Below the pieces are notes generated by a model that worked only from the letters and a program-made list of their open reading frames with translations, had not been told where the DNA came from and searched no databases. 26,629 nt of DNA from Ruminococcaceae bacterium UBA6857 (lineage in GTDB: Bacteria; Bacillota; Clostridia; Oscillospirales; Acutalibacteraceae): contig DKDD01000103.1 in NCBI GenBank assembly GCA_002451715.1, positions 1 through 26,629 of the forward strand, written 5' to 3'. Below are positions 18,669-26,570 of this stretch, in pieces; positions within the stretch are counted from its first letter, which is position 1, and each line of letters opens with the position of its first letter. A program made the position numbers and the translations under genes.

Positions 18669-20408
18669 TTATTTGCTTTCGGCGTTTTCTGTCTTTTTAA
18701 CGGGCTGTTCCCAAAGCTTTTTTGATTCCGGCTTAAGCTTTCCGAAGAAGAACTCTTTTCTTTCCGGAGTGTTTATGACAATGACGGGTTTAACCTGGTT
18801 GAGAACTCTGCCCTGCGAGCGAAGCATCTCTTTATATGCGTCATAGCTGTGGTCTTCAAGCTGAAGAAGCAGCGGTTCTGAAAGCATTCCCCAGCGGCGA
18901 TATTTTTCATATTTTTCGTTGCTTTCGCGGAAGAGCTCATCAATGTCATTTTCAAGCTCGGCACGCTTTGTTTCCGGAATGTCGCTTTCGCAGTCAACGA
19001 GCATAACATAGCGCGGAACGGTGGGAACGGAATCGGCATAGAAGCTGTGACCTCTGAACTTGATTTGGTATTTATCCATGAGCTTTTCTGCAACATAGTC
19101 AAGCATTTGGGTCGTGGTTTTTTCGTTTGCAAGGTTAAGACCCATATTGGTTCTGTAAAGGAACTCAACTCTCGGCGAATTGTTATACATTCCGGTAACA
19201 TGAACAACGTCGAGGATTCTGTAGCGATAAAGACCGGAGAAGTTTGTGATGATGATTTCATAATCTTTTCCGACTTCGATTTCGCTCAAAGTGAGCGGTC
19301 TTGTGCCTTCTTCGGCGTCAACGGGAAGAAATTCATAAACAAGCGAACGCGGAAGAAGAACATAGTCAGTTGCGTTGAGTTCAACCGGCATTGCCATGTA
19401 ACCTTCCGAAGCGGCATATCCCATGTTATGAAGCGGAAGATCGCCGACATATCTTCTGAGTTTTTCAACATAAACGGCAAGTGTTGAGCCAATCATGCCG
19501 TAGCCCCAGGCGAGTTTCGGCCAAATGCGCTTTGCAATCGGCACTTCGGTTTCAAAGCCCTTTTTGAATTCTGCACGAAGTTCTGCAGCGCGTTCCGGGT
19601 TGGGCTTCATGTGGCCGTACTTTTCGCGAAGACTCTGCGGACATCTTACCGACGGGTCGATTGTGCCTTTTTCAATGTCGTTGCAGACCATTTCCCAGTT
19701 TTCTTCAAGATATTCGAACATGGTTGTCAGAAGAGTGATAACCATTGAACCGAGATAGGTGACCTTTTTGTTTGTCAGGCAGAAGCGAAGCTGGAAGTAG
19801 GGGATATCGGTGTTTTCTTCGTCTTCGGGATAAAGAATATCTTTCGGAGTGGTTGTGAAGAATTTAAGAATCGAGGTAAGATAGGTGAACGGAATCTGTC
19901 CCGCGCCGTTGCAGCGCATTCCGTTTGGAAGCGGATGACCGTTGAGCGAAAGAAGAAGCGGTCCCATCTGCGAGGGGAGCTTTTTCGCAATTCCCTGTTC
20001 TTTGAACCATTTGTTTGCGCAGGCAGGCGTTGCCGCAAAGCCCATGCACTGCATGTTCCAAAGGTCTCTTGCGGTTTTGGGCTGAAGTTTCGGTTTTCCG
20101 ACCGAACCGGAGGATGAGCAGTAACGGATAACTTTGCTCGAAGTGATGATGTTCGATTCGTTCTTTTCAACCATGCGGTCAATCATCGGTGCATAATCTT
20201 CAAAAGTTGCAAGGGGAACCTTGTCTTGAAAATCCTTGATGGAATGGATGGAAGCGAAGTCATATTTTTTGCCGTATTCGCAGTCCTTGTTTTTCTCCAT
20301 GATTTTTTTGAGAGTTTCTTCCTGAGTTTCGGCCGCAACGGTCGTAAAGTGTTCAAATCCTTTGAAGACCATATCGCCGAGCCAGACGCCGATGTCTGAA
20401 AAAGCCAT
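18669..20408 (-). CDS. GH3 (auxin-responsive promoter family) acyl-adenylate/amido synthetase
   Basis: Start moved to ATG 20408 (RBS AGGAGGT), 579 aa. QEETLKKI..NKDCEYGKKY.F..I.S..DFQ.KVPL, motif I SSSGSVGKPK, motif II YAASEG, YEFLP, motif III SGLYRYRILDVV, EKTT and C-terminal QVKP. Confidence 0.92.
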   Translation of the reverse strand: MAFSDIGVWLGDMVFKGFEHFTTVAAETQEETLKKIMEKNKDCEYGKKYDFASIHSIKDFQDKVPLATFEDYAPMIDRMVEKNESNIITSSKVIRYCSSSGSVGKPKLQPKTARDLWNMQCMGFAATPACANKWFKEQGIAKKLPSQMGPLLLSLNGHPLPNGMRCNGAGQIPFTYLTSILKFFTTTPKDILYPEDEENTDIPYFQLRFCLTNKKVTYLGSMVITLLTTMFEYLEENWEMVCNDIEKGTIDPSVRCPQSLREKYGHMKPNPERAAELRAEFKKGFETEVPIAKRIWPKLAWGYGMIGSTLAVYVEKLRRYVGDLPLHNMGYAASEGYMAMPVELNATDYVLLPRSLVYEFLPVDAEEGTRPLTLSEIEVGKDYEIIITNFSGLYRYRILDVVHVTGMYNNSPRVEFLYRTNMGLNLANEKTTTQMLDYVAEKLMDKYQIKFRGHSFYADSVPTVPRYVMLVDCESDIPETKRAELENDIDELFRESNEKYEKYRRWGMLSEPLLLQLEDHSYDAYKEMLRSQGRVLNQVKPVIVINTPERKEFFFGKLKPESKKLWEQPVKKTENAESK

Positions 20409-20498
20409 AAGAATGATACCTCCTGAAATTTTATAAACGGACGGAAATAACTTCCGCCTTATCATTACCTACTAAGGCAGTAGCAAATGTGCTTATAT

Positions 20499-20527
20499 AC
20501 TATATCATACATGCACTCATTTTTCAA
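20499..20527 (-). promoter_or_regulatory. SigA-type promoter of the GH3 gene
   Basis: Minus strand TTGAAA-17 nt-TATAGT with extended TGn. Confidence 0.6.
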
Positions 20528-20646
20528 GATGAACTTAAAAAAATTTTAACGGTTTGTGAACAGAAATAAACATTGTGTCGGTTTAAAAACAATAGCTTAT
20601 CGCTTGAAGCTTTGACGCGGAAAGTTTGTTGACTTTGCTGCGGTGC

Positions 20647-20706
20647 AAAAAGAAAAGCCATAGCTCGCGCGCTGCCTTTTAAGGTTTTGCGAGTTATGGC
20701 TTTTTT
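20647..20706. terminator. Long hairpin, likely terminator of the 45-aa peptide gene (T tracts on both strands)
   Basis: AAAAGCCATAGCTCGC ... GCGAGTTATGGCTTTT, with an inner CCTT/AAGG stem. Confidence 0.7.
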
Positions 20707-20762
20707 GTTGCTATAATTTTTTAACCGCGGCGAACGCGGATTATTATATCTTTGAGTATATT

Positions 20763-20900
20763 TTAATCTGTTGAGTTCACAATTTCAGTAACTGCGGATT
20801 GAATCACTTGCGAATTTTCCGCAAAAACAACGGCGGTTGATGAGCCGAAGAAAAGTACCATTGAAAGCAGCATTGCCGTTACGCGGCGAAAACGCTTCAT
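20763..20900 (-). CDS. 45-aa secreted peptide (not in the ORF track)
   Basis: Strong RBS AAAGGAGGT. MKRFRRVTAMLLSMVLFFGSSTAVVFA-ENSQVIQSAVTEIVNSTD* has a classic n/h/c signal peptide, and a terminator-like hairpin follows. Confidence 0.7.
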   Translation of the reverse strand: MKRFRRVTAMLLSMVLFFGSSTAVVFAENSQVIQSAVTEIVNSTD

Positions 20901-21163
20901 TAACATGACCTCCTTTTTTTAAAATTTATTAAAGTATATGCAGATAAACATTAAATATAGCTTAAGCCTGCGCCGAATGTTTCAAACTTAAAGCGGCTCA
21001 GCAATAACTAAACCACCGTTTAAAGAAGAATTTTAAAATATATATATTTCTTTACTGTAACCAACAAAGACGTGTTTTGTGGGATAATTAAATACAATCG
21101 GTTGCAAAAATAAAAATTACGGCAGTCGAAAAAACGGGTCTATGCCCAAAAGGGGAGTTTTTA

Positions 21164-22912
21164 ATGACGAAGAAAAGAATACTTTCATTTTCACTTGTTT
21201 TGGTGATGCTGTTTTCGTTCACTGCAACGCCGGCATTTGCCGCAAACGGCGGCGAGGCAGTCAAATCGTTTTTCAAAGACGCTTTGACAAAGTCAATCGG
21301 CTTTATTATGGAAACGCTCACCGGCGCAATCAACAATTCCGTTTCAGGCAAAGACGTAATTGTTGAAGAAAAAGATTTTACTCTCACAGATTTTTATTCG
21401 GGAACCGAAACGCTTCTTTCAAAACCCGCAGAGGGTGCTCGCTGGGCGCTCGGCTATGACAGCCAAAGCCTTGTTCCGGAAAATCGCGAAGATTATAACC
21501 TTTATCTCGGCGGCTTTATTGACGCAAAAAACGGTTTTTCAAACAAAGTTAAAGATGTTTACGATGACATGAAAGTTCGAACAATTGCTCTTTCGGATTC
21601 AAGCGGAAGAGGAACGGCTCTTTTTGCAACAATCGACTGCATCGGAATGACGAATACCGATATCAGAGAAATAAGAGCTTCGCTTGCCGATTTTGCAAAG
21701 GAAAACAACATCAATTCAATCAACATTTTTGCAACCCACTGCCATTCCTGTATTGATACGCAGGGGCTTTGGACAGATAATGTCAAAACAATTTTAAAGA
21801 ACATGTTTTCGGCCTATACCGGAATCGGAACACCAAAAAAAGGCACCGACGCAAAGTATATGCAGTTTCTTTATGAAAAAGTTGCGCTTTCAATGAAAAA
21901 TGCCGTAACTTCAATGAAAACGGGAGAACTCACGCTTTCCAAAAAGGATATCGGCGCCGAATATTTCAACAACAAAAACAGAACAACCGCAACCGCCGTT
22001 ATGAGCGACCTTACAAAATTCACATTCACTCCCGACGACGGCTCAATGCCGACGATTATTGCAAACATGGCCGCACACCCGGACATTGTCGGACTCCCGA
22101 CAGACCAGGACGATTCAAACGGACAGGTTCTTTCCGGCGATTATGTATATTATATCGGCGAAACGCTTAATAAAGCCGGTTATAACTTTATGTTTTTCAA
22201 CGGCGCAATCTGCGGAATCTATATCGGCAGAAATCCGTCGAACGACAATGTTGAACTTGAAAGACGCGTTGATATCTCCGTCCGTTACGGACACGAAATC
22301 GGACGTATGCTCCTTGCAATGAATATGACCGAAGACGAAATAAAAAACGATCCGTTCCTTTCCGTCACCGGTGACAGTGAAGAAGACATGAATCGCGAGG
22401 GTTATACTCTTTGGTATAAGGATTGGAAACCCGTTCAGGCAAAAAAAGTTGAACCGCTTCTCAATGTCCGCGTAAGAGCAGTAAGACCGACTGTTACAAA
22501 CAACGTCATTCTTTTTGCCGGAAAGCTCAGACTTGTCAATCATACTATGATTAAAGGCGAAGACGGAAGCTATAAAGTTGCAACCGAAATCGGCTTTGTT
22601 CAAATCGGTTCGCAAAAAATTGTTATGATGCCCGGCGAAATCAGCCAGGATCTTGTTGCCGGCGGTGCTTCGCTGACAAAGGCAGGCTCAATCAATCACA
22701 AAGACTTTACCGAAAAAACCGTATATGAACTTTTCGGCGAAGACACAATTGTTTTTGGCCTTGCAAACGATGCGATAGGTTATGTTGTTCCCGATAACGA
22801 TTACTGCATGGGACTTGTTTTTGACCATTATCAAGAGACTCTCTCGCTTGGAAAAACCACCGCTTCATATCTTATGAGCGAATATGCCGAACTTGCAAAA
22901 GATGTTGGATAA
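21164..22912 (+). CDS. Secreted neutral/alkaline ceramidase-like Zn amidohydrolase
   Basis: Signal peptide ending PAFA; RBS AGGGGAG. Motifs in ceramidase order: DDMKVRTIAL, IDCIG, IFATHCHS (cf. ATHTHS), NMAAHP, FFNGA, PGEI and GLANDAIGYVVP. Confidence 0.75.
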   Translation: MTKKRILSFSLVLVMLFSFTATPAFAANGGEAVKSFFKDALTKSIGFIMETLTGAINNSVSGKDVIVEEKDFTLTDFYSGTETLLSKPAEGARWALGYDSQSLVPENREDYNLYLGGFIDAKNGFSNKVKDVYDDMKVRTIALSDSSGRGTALFATIDCIGMTNTDIREIRASLADFAKENNINSINIFATHCHSCIDTQGLWTDNVKTILKNMFSAYTGIGTPKKGTDAKYMQFLYEKVALSMKNAVTSMKTGELTLSKKDIGAEYFNNKNRTTATAVMSDLTKFTFTPDDGSMPTIIANMAAHPDIVGLPTDQDDSNGQVLSGDYVYYIGETLNKAGYNFMFFNGAICGIYIGRNPSNDNVELERRVDISVRYGHEIGRMLLAMNMTEDEIKNDPFLSVTGDSEEDMNREGYTLWYKDWKPVQAKKVEPLLNVRVRAVRPTVTNNVILFAGKLRLVNHTMIKGEDGSYKVATEIGFVQIGSQKIVMMPGEISQDLVAGGASLTKAGSINHKDFTEKTVYELFGEDTIVFGLANDAIGYVVPDNDYCMGLVFDHYQETLSLGKTTASYLMSEYAELAKDVG

Positions 22913-23000
22913 AACTGTTGTTTTTCAACAATAAAGGTAATTTGGGGCATACACCGGAGTGATTGTAACATAGTTTGTTCAATTTTTGTTCATAAAATTA

Positions 23001-23029
23001 TTGACTTGAATTTTACTTTGTGATATCAT
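23001..23029 (+). promoter_or_regulatory. SigA-type promoter of the condensation-ACP pair
   Basis: TTGACT-17 nt-TATCAT with extended TGn. Confidence 0.7.
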
Positions 23030-23086
23030 ATTTTCGCTTAGGCTTATGCCGAAAATAAAGAAGAACGCAGGAAAGAAGTTGAATGA

Positions 23087-24484
23087 ATGAAAAACATTGA
23101 TAAGGCAATCACGGAACCGCTTTACGACCTCATTCCCTCTCAGCAGACCATGTATCTTATGGTTAAATTCAGTTTTCACAAGCAGCTTACTCAAATTCCG
23201 ATTTCATTTTCTGTTGAAGAAGACCTTGATTTCGGCCTTTTGAAGCGTGCTTTTAATATTGAGCTTGAACGAAACGACAGCCTTCGACTTCGTTTTGTTA
23301 TGGTTGATAAAAAGATTAAACAGTACTTTGAAAAACACAAAACCCTGAATTACATTCAGGTTAAGCGTTTTAAAAACCTTGAAGAACAGGAAGCGTTCTT
23401 TTCAAAAGACGCACAAAAACCGGTTTACTTCCTCAAGGGAGAAACTTTCAGAGTCTTCTTTTTCAAAACCGAAGGCGTCGGAAGCGGCTTTTACTTCAAC
23501 GTCAGCCATCTCAATCTTGACGCAATGGGAATCGTAATTACTCTCATTGACATTCTCAGAGTTTATAAGGCGCTCAAAGACGGTACCGAAATGCCGGAGC
23601 CGCTTGACAAATTTGAAGATTACATCAAAGAAGAATTTGCAAGACTCTCCGACACCGAAAAAATGAAAAGACATGAGGATTTCTATAAAAGATACTTCCT
23701 CAAAGGCGGAGAACCGTTCCATGCGAATGTTCACGGTCCGGAACTTCTTGAAAAATACAGAAAGAAGAAAAAGAATCCGAATCTTCGCGTTCCTGCCGCA
23801 TATAATCCGATTTACGACAAGTGCGACATGATCGTTAAGCACATTAGCGCCGAAGATTCAAAAAAGATTTTTGAATACTGCCTTGAAAAGAAGATTGCGC
23901 CCGAAAGCATTCTTCAGCTCGGACTCAGAACTTACTGCTCCGCGGTCAACTACAGAACGCCCGACGTTTTCATTCAATCGCTTTGCAGCAAGCGTGCAAC
24001 CCACAAAGAAAAGAACATGGGCGGCTGTATGACTCAGCCTTTGCAGCTTCGAACAATAATTCCGGAAGATTATACTTTTGAACAGGCTTTGAATGAAATA
24101 ACAAGCGTCAGAACAAGCTTGTTCAGACATTCGGCATATCCTTACGGACTTGCTCTTAACCTTTCAAGAGAAATATATAATTATAATATGTTCCAGGGAC
24201 CTGCCTGCATGATGTTCTCGTGGATTCCCGTTCCAATCGGACAAGCAATGCCGTTCAAATTCAATTTCCGCGGCTATAATCTCGGAAGATATTTCACTCC
24301 GCTTTATGTTATTACTCAGCCCGACCCGGAAACCATGGGAATTACGGTTCAGTATATGTACAGAGTGAAACTTGCAACGCCGCAAGACATTGAAAAGCTT
24401 CATGAAAACATGGTAAGAACGGTTATTGCCGGCATTGAAGACCCGAACACAAAAATCGGCGAACTTCTTGACAATGTTAAGTAA
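23087..24484 (+). CDS. Stand-alone NRPS condensation (C) domain protein
   Basis: 465 aa, the size of one C domain. LIPSQQ (C1), RNDSLRLRF (C2), SHLNLDAMG (HHxxxDG variant), GGCMTQPLQLR (cf. GxFvNtlplR) and FRHSAYPY (cf. HQxYPF). Confidence 0.85.
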   Translation: MKNIDKAITEPLYDLIPSQQTMYLMVKFSFHKQLTQIPISFSVEEDLDFGLLKRAFNIELERNDSLRLRFVMVDKKIKQYFEKHKTLNYIQVKRFKNLEEQEAFFSKDAQKPVYFLKGETFRVFFFKTEGVGSGFYFNVSHLNLDAMGIVITLIDILRVYKALKDGTEMPEPLDKFEDYIKEEFARLSDTEKMKRHEDFYKRYFLKGGEPFHANVHGPELLEKYRKKKKNPNLRVPAAYNPIYDKCDMIVKHISAEDSKKIFEYCLEKKIAPESILQLGLRTYCSAVNYRTPDVFIQSLCSKRATHKEKNMGGCMTQPLQLRTIIPEDYTFEQALNEITSVRTSLFRHSAYPYGLALNLSREIYNYNMFQGPACMMFSWIPVPIGQAMPFKFNFRGYNLGRYFTPLYVITQPDPETMGITVQYMYRVKLATPQDIEKLHENMVRTVIAGIEDPNTKIGELLDNVK

Positions 24485-24531
24485 CGGTACCAAAGATTTA
24501 TACGGTAATTAATTAAAGGAGACATAGATTT

Positions 24532-24762
24532 ATGCTTGAAAGACTCAGAAAAGTAATTTGCGAATATGCAGAAATTCCCGCCGACCAAATTACGGAGGAA
24601 ACCAACATCAGAACCGAACTCGGTCTCAATTCGCTTGAACTTATCAATATGGCTGTTGCGATTGAAGACGAATTCGGCGTTGAAATTCCCGACCGCGAGG
24701 CTCTCGGAATTGAAACCGTCGGTGACACGATTGCGCTCATCGAAAAATATATGAACGCATAA
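24532..24762 (+). CDS. Acyl carrier protein / thiolation domain
   Basis: 76-aa acidic protein with ELGLNSLEL (phosphopantetheine site Ser34), IEDEFGVEIPD and IETVGD; RBS AAAGGAG. Confidence 0.93.
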   Translation: MLERLRKVICEYAEIPADQITEETNIRTELGLNSLELINMAVAIEDEFGVEIPDREALGIETVGDTIALIEKYMNA

Positions 24763-24778
24763 GTTTTGCACATGAATT

Positions 24779-24822
24779 AAAAAAGCTGCCGCGCGGAATT
24801 TTTCACGCACGGCGGCTTTTTT
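24779..24822 (+). terminator. Intrinsic terminator after ACP
   Basis: AAAAAAGCTGCCG ... CGGCGGCTTTTTT hairpin. Confidence 0.8.
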
Positions 24823-24857
24823 GCTTTTTCGGCTGATTATTTTTTAAGTTCGTTGTA

Positions 24858-24886
24858 TTGAAAAAAAATGTCGCTTATGATAATAT
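24858..24886 (+). promoter_or_regulatory. SigA-type promoter of the alpha/beta hydrolase gene
   Basis: TTGAAA-17 nt-TAATAT with extended TGn. Confidence 0.55.
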
Positions 24887-24926
24887 TATAATGTATTACT
24901 TTGAATTGCACAGGAGGTTAAATTTA

Positions 24927-26468
24927 ATGAAGAGGACATTGAGACGGATTCTTTCCTTTGTTTTGGTGCTTGTTTCGGTTTGCACGGCAGTCTCTCCGAT
25001 TTTCAATGCGGCAACCGTGAACGATCTTCCGATTGTTTATGTTATCGGCCGAGGAACATGGATCTATGACAAGAACGGAAAGCAGGTTTATCCGACAAGC
25101 GGAATTGAAAAGGCAATTAAGGACAACAAAAATGACCTCATCGGAAGTTGGGCAAAAAGCCTTATTTCCGGAAACTGGGACGACCTCAGCGACGCTATCT
25201 ACAGACTTGTTGAAAACGAATATAAAGACTTTGTTCTTGACAACAACGGCGAAGCTTCAAACGGTACCCACGTTAAACCGAATGCCGAACCGAAAGCAAA
25301 AAAATCGAATTTCACAATGACGGATTATCAGTTCAGCTATGACAGCCGTATTGATCCTTATGAAAACGCAAAACTTCTCAACACATATATCAATAAAGTC
25401 CTTTCCGTAACGGGAAAAACAAAGGTTCAGCTCATCGGACGCTGCCTCGGTTCAACCGTAATCAGCGCATATCTCACCGTTTACGGCTGTTCAAAAGTCG
25501 ATACGGCGATTTTCTATGCCGCTTCAAACCAGGGACTTATTCCTTTGAGCGCGTTCTTCTCCGGCGACGTTGTTTTTGACGTTGACGCAATTCAGAAGTA
25601 CGGCAGTACTTACCTCAAAAACAGCACAAGCGACGGTACCGACGGTTTCACAAGGGGACTTGTTACATTGCTTTATAATCTCAGCAACTCTTTCCTTTTG
25701 ACCGCGTGGGGAATCAACAACGTTGAAAAAGCGTATCGTGATATTGCAAGAACGCTTTATCCGCGAATTGTTCTTGCCGTTTACGGAACCTGCCCCGGTT
25801 TCTGGACAATGGTCAGAGATGACCATTACGAAAAAGCGAAAAAGGTTGTCTTCGCCGGAAACGAAGCAAAGTATGCAAAGCTTATCTCTAAGATCGATAA
25901 GTATCATTATAATGTTCTTCAGAAGTTCCCGGAAAACCTTAAAAAGTGGAAAAATCAGGGAATGAAAGTTGCGGTCATTGCAAAGTATAACACCCAGCTT
26001 GCACCGCTTTTTGAAAATTGCATGAAACAGGCAGATGACCTTGTTGAACTTGAAACCGCGTCATACGGCGCAACCTGCGCCGACATCGGAAAGACTCTTT
26101 CAAACAGCTATATCAGTCAGCTTGAAAAAAGCGGAAAAGACAAGTATCTTTCTCCGGACCTTGTTGTTGACGCTTCAACCTGCCTTTTCCCGGACTATAC
26201 ATGGTTCATTAAGGACCTTCCGCATGACGTTTTTCCAACTTCGGTCAACGAACTCATCATTGAAATTTTCCATTCAAAAACGCAGTATACAATCAACAGC
26301 AACGAAAAGTATTCGCAGTTTCTTCAGTATGAAAGCGACAGCCTTATTCTTTCAAAGGTTACTCTTGAGGGGCTTCCGACCGATTCGGGCGAAAGCTTAA
26401 TCAGAAAAATCGCGAATGCGCTCAACACGATTTTTATTCTTTTGAAACTTCTTTTCAACATTTGGTAA
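24927..26468 (+). CDS. Secreted LCAT/lipase-like alpha/beta hydrolase or acyltransferase with a Cys nucleophile elbow
   Basis: Start moved to ATG 24927 (RBS AGGAGG), 513 aa, with a signal peptide. PIVYVIG, FSYDSR (cf. LCAT YDWR), KVQLIGRCLG (cf. GHSxG), ADDLV (cf. GDGxV) and DLPHD as candidate catalytic His. Confidence 0.7.
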   Translation: MKRTLRRILSFVLVLVSVCTAVSPIFNAATVNDLPIVYVIGRGTWIYDKNGKQVYPTSGIEKAIKDNKNDLIGSWAKSLISGNWDDLSDAIYRLVENEYKDFVLDNNGEASNGTHVKPNAEPKAKKSNFTMTDYQFSYDSRIDPYENAKLLNTYINKVLSVTGKTKVQLIGRCLGSTVISAYLTVYGCSKVDTAIFYAASNQGLIPLSAFFSGDVVFDVDAIQKYGSTYLKNSTSDGTDGFTRGLVTLLYNLSNSFLLTAWGINNVEKAYRDIARTLYPRIVLAVYGTCPGFWTMVRDDHYEKAKKVVFAGNEAKYAKLISKIDKYHYNVLQKFPENLKKWKNQGMKVAVIAKYNTQLAPLFENCMKQADDLVELETASYGATCADIGKTLSNSYISQLEKSGKDKYLSPDLVVDASTCLFPDYTWFIKDLPHDVFPTSVNELIIEIFHSKTQYTINSNEKYSQFLQYESDSLILSKVTLEGLPTDSGESLIRKIANALNTIFILLKLLFNIW

Positions 26469-26481
26469 TCGGAAGATACGC

Positions 26482-26518
26482 AAAAGCGGCACACCTTTTT
26501 CGGGCGTGCCGCTTTTTT
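26482..26518. terminator. Intrinsic, likely bidirectional terminator
   Basis: AAAAGCGGCAC ... GTGCCGCTTTTTT. Confidence 0.85.
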
Positions 26519-26570
26519 GAGTAAGAGGAAATCATGAGTCGCAAAAAGCCCTTTCACGACTTTTCTTCTG

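Noticed and set aside
20580..20745. Riboswitch or ncRNA in the GH3-peptide gap
   Set aside because: No c-di-GMP, SAM or T-box consensus was recognised, and the main hairpin is explained as a terminator.
24532..24762. Calling the ACP housekeeping acpP
   Set aside because: No fab genes are adjacent, the motif is NSL, and it shares a transcription unit with the C domain.
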